In this document: positions 38,906 through 50,530 of the stretch, one piece after another
Layout of the letters: every line of letters starts with the position of its first letter
How positions within the stretch are numbered: position 1 is the stretch's first letter
Assembly: GCA_034780895.1 (NCBI GenBank)
Contig: JAUZTB010000042.1
Location: forward strand, 13,876,174-13,940,173
From: Rhynchobatus australiae
Lineage: Eukaryota
Direction: 5' to 3'
DNA length: 64,000 nt
Translations under genes and position numbers: made by a program
The notes under the pieces: model-generated
What the model was told of the DNA's origin: nothing
What the model saw: the letters and a program-made list of their open reading frames with translations, nothing else
The model's database searches: none

Positions 38906-39467
38906 GGAGTAAAATTCCAGTAATCTGGCAACATAATGTTCAGAAATCCTGATGGTTCAACATTAGGGACATTTAAGAGACTCTTAGAAAGACACATGAA
39001 TGAGAGAGAAATGGGGGGCTATGTGGGAGGGAGGGGTTAGATAGATCTTAGAGCAGGATAAAATGTCGGCANNNNNNNNNNNNNNNNNNNNNNNNNNNNN
39101 NNNNNNNNNNNNNNNNNNNNNNNNNNNNNNNNNNNNNNNNNNNNNNNNNNNNNNNNNNNNNNNNNNNNNNNNNNNNNNNNNNNNNNNNNNNNNNNNNNNN
39201 NNNNNNNNNNNNNNNNNNNNNNNNNNNNNNNNNNNNNNNNNNNNNNNNNNNNNNNNNNNNNNNNNNNNNNNNNNNNNNNNNNNNNNNNNNNNNNNNNNNN
39301 NNNNNNNNNNNNNNNNNNNNNNNNNNNNNNNNNNNNNNNNNNNNNNNNNNNNNNNNNNNNNNNNNNNNNNNNNNNNNNTTTGTTTGGGTATTAATAGTAA
39401 TAATATCCAGCCTGCTTGTCCAACACTACCAAAGTCCCAAGGGTACTGGATTATTGGAGTTTTATTG
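38906..39467. mobile_element. Tc1/mariner (Tigger-like) MITE containing a CR1 3' tail (38958-39071) and a gap
   Basis: Left gagtaaaattccagtaatctggca versus reverse complement of the right end caataaaactccaataatccagta; internal CR1 tail acatttaagagactcttagaaagacacatgaatgagagagaaatggggggctat. Confidence 0.55.
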
Positions 39468-42400
39468 CATCTGTTTATGTGAATGTGCTAGATCGTCATT
39501 TCTTAATGTTCCTCTGAATTGCCTCGCTACTGATGCCCTTGCCAAATAAAGGACGTCTGTCAGCTGTTTGGCTGTTTGTATAGTCATCCGGCAGGTAATG
39601 GAATCCGATCTCTCACCACTTATTCTGGGGACATGACCATCAACCTGATTTACCCATTCTCGATAATGGAAGATAAAGCAAATAGCAGGAAGGTGGGCTG
39701 ATCCTTTACGGCATTGTGGAAGTACAGAAACAGCCTTTCATTCGACTGATTAGTAAAAATGATGCAGCAGGAGTGGGAAGTGAGGGGGAAAAAGTGAAAT
39801 AAATTCTGGAACAACTGCTGAAGGATAAGAATGGTTGAGGGACAAAAAAAACCTACAATTTTTCAAGCAAGGTAGTGTGTTAAAAGCTTTCATGAAAGTG
39901 TGCCTGAATTAGTGGGTGCACTTAATATGTTACAAGTGGCAACCTTTCTGGTGGATTCAGATTCTGAAGACAAATTTGTTAGTCCTATTTGAACATTTTA
40001 GGCATGGATGACATAAGTGCTGGAGACTGTAACAATGATTTATTTTAATCAATCAGGATTTTTGGAACACATGACACTTTGAGGTGTGAACATGTTTCAA
40101 GTGTATTGCAATGTGACACTAAGTATGATGAATACATCTCAGGTGTTGCCACAGTATTGCCTAATGGCCATTTTTCAAATATGGTGTTGAGTGTCATTGT
40201 CACATGCCAAACACAAGATGCTGAATTATATAGGTTCTGTTGAGCAGTGGAGTGGAACATTGTTTTGATCTTAAGGTAATATGCCTCAGAATGGTAGTAT
40301 GCAAATCATGCCATGTTTACAGATGCTGGAACAGGCAAACTTGTTTGCTTTTGCAAAATAGAAAATGTATATTGGAGATTGGGTACAATAGCTCTTTCTG
40401 ATGCCTGTTTCAAAGGATAGTGACCATTACTTCAGTTACCCTTCATTCCATATAAACAAACCAGCTATATTTAGCTTAATGATTCACAGCTCCAACTGTC
40501 TGAAAATCTGAAGTCTTGTCAGCACTCCAGCCAAAAAATTGCTGGCTTTATCTTTGGAGTTCTTGTCCAATTTGAGGTGTTTCAAGTTAGGACTTGTCCA
40601 GCTTGAGGCTTGATCACACCAATTAAAAAATGATTTGTTTGATGCATTTAACTTTATACTTTTCCCATATTTGTAAGACTTATTGGAGTGCCATTGAAAA
40701 AATGTTGTCCATTAATATTTGGGGTATCGTCATATTAGTACACTCCCAAACAGAGAACTACACACACAGGAAACACTGGCTTGAGAAAGGTTGGCACCAT
40801 TGCAACCCTGAATGTTCAATTGATGGACTGACAAGTCTTGCTAGCAGTGTGGATCATGGAATAACCATAATCCACAAACAGTTGGGTTCAGCAATATGCA
40901 GAGCTAATATCATGAGACGCCAGTACAGAGNNNNNNNNNGCTCCCTTCTGAATTAGGGTGAAGGTTCAAAGTTTCTAATTTTCCAGCAGTGTCTCTAATC
41001 CTTCATGTCCAGAAAGGCTACAGCCAAACAGAAGAGCCTCCAACAATTTTCTCTGTGGGTGCTAAGCCTGAGAATGACCTTTTGCAGGTCTGAATTGTCA
41101 TCAGGTCACTGGCAATTTGGTGCTGTTGCTGAATGACGTTGGAAAAGTTACCCCGAGACCTTAGCTAATGACACATGCAGGGCATCAGAGTTGGGAACCC
41201 ACATTTCGTACATTCCGAGAAACCTGGGCTCCTCTGCAGCAGGATTGCACCTTTAGAAAAGCAAAGCAAAATGGTTACTTCTCCATGTGAATTTAGTGCA
41301 TGTCCATAAGTAAACAGGCTTGATTTGAAGTAAATTTGATCTGGGGGAAGAAAAATGCTTAAAAGAGAGAATCCTGCTTTAGTGTACAGAAGCACTTTTC
41401 AAGTAGTTCATCTAATTTGGAGTAAGTGTGTAATGCAATGATTTTACAAATGGATTTTGTCAGATGGTTCCAACTCCTGACTGTATGCATTCATCCAATT
41501 CAGTTGGTATAATGTAGGGGCTTGATGTGATTTGAATTGCTTGTTAGATGNNNNNNNNNNNNNNNNNNNNNNNNNNNNNNNNNNNNNNNNNNNNNNNNNN
41601 NNNNNNNNNNNNNNNNNNNNNNNNNNNNNNNNNNNNNNNNNNNNNNNNNNNNNNNNNNTTTGCTTTCACTGCCAAATTGCATTCCATTTAATGAACAGAA
41701 TATTTACGATTTAGACTGAAAAAGAAGGATTTTTCTGGCTCAGCACCACCTAACTGTTAATTCAGTAATGCTATTCTTCAGAACACTGAGTACATTTAAC
41801 AACAAAAAAGTTGTGGGGGTGCAAATAGCTCTTATGCCCTTTTTACCACAGAGAATGCAACTAGCATGAGCAACATATTGAAACTTTTTTAAATTGCCAA
41901 TCAGCTAACACTGCAGTGGGTAGACTGTTATGAAACCAAATCTTTCGATTATTTTCAGAAGTATAATAAACTCGCAATATTCCCCTTCTTTTCAGATTCG
42001 CTCTCCCTTTTTCTAAAATGACTGCTAAATGTCATAAGATGGATTTTAATGATTTAATTTTTTTTTCATGAAGACTTCTTTCATAAAATAGCTCATAGGT
42101 TCATATTAGCAAACTATTAACTGTTTGGCAGAAAGTAGTTTTATTTTTCCCTAATTTAGCTAATTTATTTTGCCCCAAATTTATGCTTATCTTCATTATA
42201 TTAATGGGATTGATCTTTTCAGCAATTGGATTCCAGTGGCTAGAACATTTATTAGGTGGCCTTTTGCATCTGCTCACTGATGTTCAGTTTCCAAGGTCAG
42301 TTGTTCATTCAAAGTTAGTCCAGAAGAAAGAAATGCACCCAACACTGAGGAGTTCACTGATCAGAGCTGGGAGTAGCATTTGATGATCTGATAATTAACG

Positions 42401-44045
42401 TGAAATCCTTGCCTGCAAATGCATGTTGTTGAGAAATTTATGATTTCAATTAAACATTGTCAAGTACTTAAATTATTGATTGCAGTGAACGATACCTCCT
42501 ATGAATAGCATAATAAAGTTTGCTTTATTTGAAACTCCAGCATGTAGCCCTAACAAGACTCCTGTCACAAACTGTTATTTAAGCCTGCAACATGTGGACA
42601 CGGACAGAATCCACAAAACAGTTTTCAGGTTGGTTTTCAGTTTGCTCTCAATCTTGGTGATGCTGGATGGAAGCCTGTCCATTCTTAGTTGCCATGATAA
42701 GTTGTTGATGGGACTTTTCCACAGACCACTGCAATCTTTGTGGTGATGATCTCCACTATTTAGATAGAGAATTCAGGAATATTGACTACAAGTGTGCATT
42801 TCAGATCAAATGATGTGCAACTTGGGAAATTTAGAAATGATACCGTTCCCAAAACATTGCAGCTTTCATCCTTGCCCTTCGAAGCGACACTGGTAGAGAT
42901 AGGTGATTAATATCTGAGTTACCGAATTGTTTCCATGCAAATCATTCAGAAAACTTTGACTACATTTAGCTGATAATAGCATAATAGCATAAATAAGCTG
43001 AGACCCAAAACATCCTCTGATCTAACCATTTAGCATTGTTATCCATGCTCTTGATGGAGATCCTGCTACTGAAAATGCCTGTTTAAAATGGGCTGTTCTT
43101 ATGTCAGCTGAAAGCCATTAATGTTAACTTTACTGGCATGGTCTATGTTGTATGTTCTGGCATTTTTTTTTATTGCTCTGTTTATTTTGATCTGAAACAG
43201 CTGGTGTTTTATTGGAAAATATACACTAATTGATATCAGCCTGCAGATTATGGCCAAACCTCATGTGACAAACTGCATTAGTAGTTACAATGATGAAGCT
43301 GGATTGGCTCATTGCCAACAAACAGGTTGGTCTTGCAGCTGGGCCATCTTCAGCTTGATGCCTGTGAGGGATCACTTGGTTCACATTGAACTTAAACTGG
43401 TTCACGCTGATTTAAGATGAAAATGTGTCTGAATGTGTGCCCATGACACTATGTTTGGCTGATTACCTTGATTGAGAAAATGATATTTCGAGAACAATCA
43501 GAACCAACGCATTGTACCAAACCTTAAATTTTGGTGAAGGACTCTGACAGGAATGTTTAGCACACATGCATGGGAATTGCCATTAGATTGCTCGCACACA
43601 CCTGTCATAAGCAATGGTAGCTACTTCATTCCTTGGAGGATGATGCTGCTCAAACAGAAAGCAGTGAGCAGAATTGGAAGAAGGCTCTGATGCTCCATAA
43701 ATTGGAATGCTTTTCACTTAATAATATTGGGTATCCTTAGGACTGAGAATTATAGAGTCACTGGGCAAAATGATGCAAGAAAGTTCCTCTTATCTGTGGT
43801 CTGAAAACACACTACTACTGCCAATGCACTCGCCCTCACACCGAGATGTGATCTAGTACAAGACGTGCAGTAGATTGCCGACAACTCTTTCTTAACTTGT
43901 GTTCAGATATAAATTACTTATGCACACAGATGCAACACTTTTTTTNNNNNNNNNNNNNNNNNNNNNNNNNNNNNNNNNNNNNNNNNNNNNNNNNNNNNNN
44001 NNNNNNNNNNNNNNNNNNNNNNNNNNNNNNNNNNNNNNNNNNNNN

Positions 44046-44247
44046 TCATCGGCGAATTTATAGATGGCATTTGAGCCATGCCTAGCCACAGTCATGAGTG
44101 TAGAGAGAATAGAGCAGTGGGCTAAGCATGCATCCTTGAGGTGTGCCTATGTTGATCGTCAGTGAGGAAGAGATAGTACCACCAATCCGCACTGACTGTG
44201 GTCTCCCGATGAGGAAATCAAGGATCCAATTGCAGTTGAAGGTACAC
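44046..44247 (-). mobile_element. Rex1/Babar reverse transcriptase fragment
   Basis: Minus strand [49 protein letters not shown], then [13 protein letters not shown], running into a gap. Confidence 0.85.
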
Positions 44248-44652
44248 CATCGAACAATACAGCACAATACAGGCCCTTCGGCCCCCACCACGTTGTGCCG
44301 CCCATCAAACCACACATTACACTATCTAACCTTTTCCTCCCGCATATCCCTCTATCCCACATTCCTCCATATGCCTATTCAACAATCTCTTGAACCTGTC
44401 CAACATATATGTCTCCACCACCACCTCAGGCAGTGCATTCCATGCACCAACCACTCTCTGGGTGAAAAACCTCCCTCTGAGATCTCCCCTGAACTTCCCA
44501 CCCATTACTTTAAAGCCATGCCCTATTGTCTTGAGCATTGGTGTCCTGTGAAATAGGCGCTGGCTATCTACTCTATCTATCCCTCTCAATATTTTATACA
44601 CCTCTATCATATCTCCCCTCAGCCTCCTCCTCTCCAGTGAGTAAAGCCCTAG
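44248..44652 (-). mobile_element. CR1 LINE 3' end
   Basis: ORF 44326-44610 MIEVYKILRGIDRVDSQRLF...FRGDLRGRFFTQRVVGAWNALPEVVVE, plus tail ggccgaagggcctgtattgtgctgtattgttc. Confidence 0.9.
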
Positions 44653-44704
44653 CAGCCGGACGTGTGTATTGCTGTATGTATGTACTGACTCCCATTTCTT
44701 CTTT

Positions 44705-44800
44705 TGTTAACCGAGTGGAGAATGCCCATGAATTCCTCAAAATGAGAATCCAATGCCTAGACCAATCAGGGGACATCGTGCTCTGCAGAGCTTAGTCATC
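44705..44800 (+). mobile_element. PIF/Harbinger transposase remnant
   Basis: RVENAHEFLKMRIQCLDQSGDIVL resembles the Harbinger DDE C-terminal motif R..IE.A.G.LKMRFRCLD.SGG.L. Confidence 0.6.
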
Positions 44801-46115
44801 ATCTGCTTCTTCTACGGTTTTGACATCATGAGGCGCAGCCCAACAAATGTTTGGAAGAGGCAGGAAGAGAAAGGATGAGAGGGTGTAATCAAATAACGAC
44901 ACTGAAAGGTTGTCAGAATGTCTCATTGTCCAGAAAACTTCAAGTAGTCCACCCACTGGCTCTGCATCAAGGCAGACCAATACACTGAGATAAAGGCACC
45001 CCTCTTAACACCATTTGGCTTTGGCACCTCCAAGGTTAAGAAATCATTACAGCACTCCAGTGTCTGGTTGTGAGCAATTACATTAATTGCAATGGATGAT
45101 ATGACTATTTGATTATAAATTGCATGAACACTGCCCATAGTCCATAATGCAAGCTTTGTTAAGGAACTTTGATATCAATACAATCTGGAATCTGCTTAAT
45201 GCAATGCACTGGTGATGACATCACTTTCTAAATTTGCCACCCCCCCCCATCATTAAGATGCAAGATGTTTTAGATGCAAGAACATGGCCAAGAAAGGTGA
45301 GAATACAACCCTGAAAATGAGACATTGCACAATGGTGTTTGACATTGCCCACAGGGGAGAGTTGTGCTTGTGTTACTACTGTTAAATCAAGATAACATTG
45401 TTGATCTGACCATTCTACAGCTTTAGTACTACTTATAGAAAAGTAAAAGCAACATCAGTTGATGTGGACCTTGCGCCATCATAGGCAGGCAGCCCTCATG
45501 CAGAACAGCATTTCTTTTAATTTCTTGGAGCCCATTTTGTCTGATGCACCCCAGTAGATGGGAATGCTGTGCAAGTCTATTCCATGATCAAGGACACAGA
45601 ATGAAGCTCTGCACCTTCTTCCCCAAATGCTGTTCTCACCAGATAGCAAAGCTACCACATAGCAAAGCTCCTCTATCAATGTTAGTTTCACTAGAATGTT
45701 AGAAATATACTTCCTCCATTAACATTTCTCCCAATAAAATAAATTACATTAATGAACTAAATTGAGTACAGTTCACAACAAAAAGAATGAACTACATCTT
45801 CAAGTTTTTGACAGAACATTCACTCAGAGGCTGTCTCCCTCTAACTTTGAAGTCCATCATTTACTACACATCTGCAGTGTGCTTCTGTGCTCTGCACTCA
45901 AGACCTTGGGAAATATTAAGGCCTTAAGACTGATTACGGACAGCAAAGGCCTCCACCAGTTGTAGTTTTAAAAAAGTAGCTGTTACGAGAAAAAGAGATA
46001 TCATTCATCACGAGCATACTTTAAGGACTTGGGCCGAAGAATAATCATTGCCTTTGTGATCATTTTCTAACATTATTTGAACTCGAAAATAGTTCCAATG
46101 GATTGGAGGTTAGCA

Positions 46116-46253
46116 TTTGAGAAGTGTCTAGATGAGCACCTGAATTGCCTTGGCATAGAAGCTATGGGGCAGGTGCTGGTAGATTAGATTCCCACTGGTT
46201 GGCATGGATGTGATGGGCTGAATGGCCCGTTTCCATGCTATATGACTCTGACT
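46116..46253 (+). mobile_element. Short 5'-truncated CR1 tail nested in CR1 RT
   Basis: tttgagaagtgtctagatgagcacctgaa...gggctgaatggcccgtttccatgctatatgactctgact splits the host DWRLA/NVT codons. Confidence 0.75.
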
Positions 46254-46701
46254 AATGTAACCCAATATTTAAAATAGGAGATAGAGAGAAAATAAGTAAT
46301 TATAGACTGGTCAAGCCTAACATCAGTGGTGGGGAAAATGCTGCAATCCATTTTAAAAGAGATGTAATTGCAGACAACATGGAAAATAATGAAGAAATCA
46401 GAGACAGATTCCTGAAAGAGAAATTATGCTTCATCTACCGGAATTTTATTGAGGGTATTAGTAGCTTGGGGGAAGAACCAGTATTAGACTGGCAGAAAGC
46501 TTTTAGTAAGGTCTCACAAAAGAGATTAGATTGAAAAGTTAAAGCACATAGGGTTGGGGTTAAGGTGCTAATATGCAGAGAACTGGCTGGCTTACAGGAA
46601 CAAAAGAGATGAGGAATAAATGGGTATTTTTCCAAGTGGCAGGCAGTGACTAGTAAGAGTACCACAACTATCAGTGCTGAGACCCAATCATTAACTGTAT
46701 T

Positions 46702-47119
46702 CAGGCAGTCCTCAGGTTACGACAGGGTTCTGTTCTTGAGAACTGTTTGTAACCCAAACTGTTCATAAGTCAGAAATGAACAGTATGTGGGAGAGGATCA
46801 CAACACAGCCGTGACAGGAGAGCGAGCAGGCATGGGAACAGTACCAGCCAGCCAGCCTCACTGACTCAGTGAGTGAGTCTGCTCAGCACTCCCAGTTCTG
46901 TTCAGCTCGACCCAGCCCCTGATTATTGTGGCTCAGGGGTGGGGAGTGGAGGTTGGGACAGGATCACACAGAAATGCCCCTTTCCCATCCAGCAGAAGAT
47001 GCTTGCAATTCCACAGCAGCCGACAAATCCATCCCCATCCATCCTGCTGGTTTCCCAAATGTTTGATCGTATGTATAGGCTGTCCATAAATTGGGCATTG
47101 GTAACCTGGGGAGGGTAGG
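46702..47119. mobile_element. Tigger/pogo-like MITE inserted into CR1 RT
   Basis: Left end caggcagtcctcaggttacg, right end gtaacctggggag... (inverted tcc(t/c)caggttac); host CR1 reads ttaactgta...tatcttaatgatatggat (T.Y.NDMD) across it, consistent with a TA target. Confidence 0.65.
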
Positions 47120-48319
47120 TATATCTTAATGATATGGATAAGAAAATTAAACGTAATAAGTCCAAATTTGCAGACAACTCAAAGCTAGGTAGGAAGGTGA
47201 GCTTTGAGGATGCAGAGAAGATCAAGGCTGATTTGGACAAGTTGAGGGATGGATAAATACATGGCAGATGCAATACAATGTGGATAAATATGAGGTTATG
47301 TACTTTGGTGCCAATAACTGGAAAGCAGATTATTTGAATAGCGATAGATTACGAATTGGGGAGGTGCAATGAGACCTGGATCTCCTGATGTACCAGTTGT
47401 GGAAGGCGGGCTGCAGGGATAGGTGCAGGGATATCTTGCTGCAAATGTATGGGCTTTAGTGAGACTGTACTTTGAGTATCCTTATCTGAGAAAGCATGTT
47501 CTTACTATGGAGGGAGTTCAGCAAAAGTTCACCAGACTGATTCCTGGGATGGCAGGACTGAAGGATGAAGAGAGATCTGGTCACTTAGGCTTACATTCAC
47601 TTGAGTTGAGACAAATGAGAGGGAATCTCATAGGAATTTCTGACAGGACTGGAGAGATTAGATTTAGGATGTTCCCAATAGCTGGAGAGTACATAACAGA
47701 AGTCACAATCCAAGGTTAAAGGGCAAGCCATTCAAGATTGAAATTACAAGAAATTTCTTCTCCCAAAGAGTACCGAACCAGTGGAATTCTCCACCACAGA
47801 ACATGATTAAAGCCTAATCATTAAATATATTCAAGGAGTTAGATATTATTCTTAGGGCTAGAGGAAGCAAGGGATATGGAGAGAAGGCTCGAAAAGGGTA
47901 CTGGATCTACATCAACAGCCATTAGATTGAATGGCTGAACAGGCTCAAAGAGGAAATGAGTTTTCCATGCGAACTGGAGGTCAAAGTTGGCAGAAAGCCC
48001 ACATGAACTGGTTTGGCTGTTGCTGATTTAACCATTATAACAGCCAGTTTATCCCACCAATGTGGCTACAGTCAAACACAGCCATGCAATGACTCATTTC
48101 CCTCCTTTCATGGCAATCTCCATGCCCTCCAGCACAATTCATTAAAGCAGACAACGAGGAATTCAGAATCAAAGCAATCTTTACAAATTAATCAGTTAAA
48201 TCTTAAAACAGCAAAAACATATGCAATTTACAATGGTAATGTTCACTAATCAGCCTCATGTTTTCTTTTCAAGCTGGCTTATTACTTCAATGCACTGACC
48301 GACATGTAGCTCCACCCAC

Positions 48320-48908
48320 CAGTAGTTGGGACATCACGTTACAACTGTACAAGTTGAGACCACACTTGGAGTATCGTGTGCAGTTCTGGTCGCCCAGCTA
48401 TAGGAAGGATGTCATTAAGTTGGAAAAGGTGCAGAAGATTCACAAGGATGTTTTTGGGACGGGAGGACTTGAGTTATGAGACTGGAAAGGTTGGAACTTG
48501 TTTCCCTGAAGCGTAGGAGGCAAGGGGGGCCCATATAAAGGTTTATAAAATCATGAGGGGCATTGATAATAAGGTGGATGGCCAAAGTTTCTTTCCCAGG
48601 ATAAGGGAGTCAGTCTAAAACTAGAGGACATAGACTTAAGAGGGGAAAGAGAGGACCTGAGATGCAAGTTTTTCCATATAGCGTGGTGGGTATTTGGAAC
48701 GAGCTCCCAGAGTAAGCTGCAGAGGCGGGTACAATTACAATGTTTAAAAGGCATTTTAAAAGGCAGGTACGTAGGTAGAAAAGGTTTAGAGGGTTATGGG
48801 CCAAATGCAGGCAAATGGGACTAGCTCAGGTCGGCAACTTGGTTGGCATGGATGAGTTGGGCCGAAGGACCTGTTTCTGTGCTGTATAACCTCACGACTC
48901 AATGACTC
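48320..48908 (+). mobile_element. CR1 LINE 3' end
   Basis: SWDITLQLYKLRPHLEYRVQFWSPSYRKDVIKLEKVQ; tail gttgggccgaaggacctgtttctgtgctgtataacctcacgactcaatgactc. Confidence 0.9.
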
Positions 48909-48999
48909 AGCATGGTTAACTTTGATCTGTCAGTCTAATGAAAGCTGCAAGTTCACCAAAGCCTTCAATTGCATATTGCATCATGACCACCTGCTCTGA

Positions 49000-49185
49000 T
49001 AAAGTAATGGCAGGAGAGGCCCTGAGTGCTTAAAGGTTGCATGGGAGACTGAGGCTCCATGGGTTAAAAGGCAGCACAAGGGACAGAGGTTTCAAGTGTT
49101 AAAAGGCAGCATGGAATACAGGCCACATGGATTTAAGGACAGCATGGGACTTGGAGGTTCTGGGGCTTAAAGGGAGCTATGGTGA
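49000..49185 (+). repeat. Degenerate ~34-bp tandem repeat (about 5 units)
   Basis: Units starting ttaaa(a)gg...gcatgg at 49030, 49064, 49099, 49132 and 49167. Confidence 0.7.
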
Positions 49186-49559
49186 TAACTCAGCTGCCAG
49201 TCATTCAGCCTGCAGCCTAGACTAGACCCCCAGAACCTTCCACAGAGCCACTTCTGTAGTCTTGTCGTCGCTGCCATCAGCATATCATGATCTCTTGGTG
49301 TTCAGACTATTGACGCACTGATTGGAACTTCACGATTGTGCCCATGTCATTGCCCAGTTAGCAATAGGCACCATAGGTTGGCATGTATATCATGATTATA
49401 GGCACAGCCAGTTTCTGAGCAACTTTCAGCTGTTTCTTAATATCAGTTTACCTGATCAGATGAAATGCAACTAGAGCACTCCACCTCTCAAGAAGGGCAA
49501 CATACTGGATTTCATCACAAGTCGTGCTAGATATGTTGGTTGAAATCAAATGGTAGTGG

Positions 49560-49920
49560 ATGATGGAAGTCTGAAAAGTTGCAGATGTCTGGGGATATGA
49601 GTATCTATAGAAGTAGCTGAGATGCCAGACCAGCTCATTTGTGATTGCAGACCACCCGTTGAGAATGCCATTCCTCTTCCAGTGATTGCTTATTCAGAAG
49701 TCACATGGATTTAAAGGTAGCACAGGAGAGAGATGAATGAAGCCAAGGTTGGTCATGTCCCTGTGGGATGTCCAGCTGCTCAAGCTCTGCCCTGGACTGA
49801 GGTGAGCAGTGGGGAGGGAGATCGATTGGATGGACTCGTACCTGACCCCCAGGTCGTTCCCGCACGGGCTCAGACATCAGGAACAGTTGTCCCACGATGG
49901 GATCCTCGCTGCCTGTTCAG
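49560..49920 (-). mobile_element. Possible RTE-clade LINE 3' remnant
   Basis: Weak traces of WAGH-like and C-terminal C.S..GL..HL-like segments on the minus strand; heavily decayed. Confidence 0.25.
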
Positions 49921-49964
49921 TTCTGTATGGAATTAAAAGCTAAGTGCATTTCAGTCAAATGTTT

Positions 49965-50095
49965 TTTTCCCAGTAAAGTTGATTGAGGGATAAATGTTGT
50001 TCAACACTTTAGGAATAACATTCTGATCTGTCAAAGTAGTGCCTTGAGATCGTTTTTGCATTGACCTGAGGTGGGGGATGGCTTTGTTTATAGAC
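49965..50095 (-). mobile_element. DeuSINE central fragment
   Basis: gttgattgagggataaatgttg...aagtagtgccttgagatcgtttt...acctgag, homologous to 9150-9260. Confidence 0.45.
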
Positions 50096-50269
50096 CAGAT
50101 TGTGCAGTTTTATACCAAACTCTCCATTGTTCAATGTGTTTTCAAATTCTGTATGGGGATTGTAGCACAGAAGTCGAAGATGTTTCTATTTCATTTTTCA
50201 TGGCGCGGGCAATACAGGCGAGGCCAGCATCAACTGCCCTCGATGAGCTGTTTGCTTCAAGCTCTGTTG

Positions 50270-50530
50270 TCTTCCTGGTGAGGGTAGGGTTCCAGGACTG
50301 GACCTATTGGCAATGAAGAAAAGGTGATTACATTTTCAAATGTGCGAATTGAAGGGAACTTGCAGATGGCAGCATTTCCTTGTCCTTGCTGTCCTTGAGT
50401 TAGGTGGTTGGGGAGGTGATAGCAAAACAAAACCCTGATAGTGCATTTTGTGGACGCTGGCCACAGACATGCTGGTAGTGGGAGAGATGAATGTTTCAAG
50501 TTGTGGATCAATCAGGTAGGGAGTGCAATC
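50270..50530 (-). mobile_element. CR1/L2-group LINE 3' fragment (same family as 42750-42900, 61165-61430 and 63820-64000)
   Basis: ggtagggttccaggactggacc...ttgaagggaacttgcagatggcagcatttcc...gctgtccttg. Confidence 0.5.

Larger units (their letters stand above)
46040..47950 (+). mobile_element. CR1 LINE ORF2 (RT to 3' end), degenerate, with two nested insertions
   Basis: VPMDWRLA|NVT.IFK...NYR...LTSVVGKML, KAFSKVSQKRL, SKFADNSKLG, MEGVQQKFTRLIPGMAGL, RNFFSQRV.N.WNS. Confidence 0.85.

Noticed and set aside
44143-44610. Longer ORFs (137 aa +, 94 aa -) as host genes
   Set aside because: They are the antisense and sense readings of CR1 and Rex fragments
49000-49185. CRISPR-like array
   Set aside because: Units are degenerate along their whole length, with no identical repeat plus unique spacer structure and no cas genes; eukaryotic context
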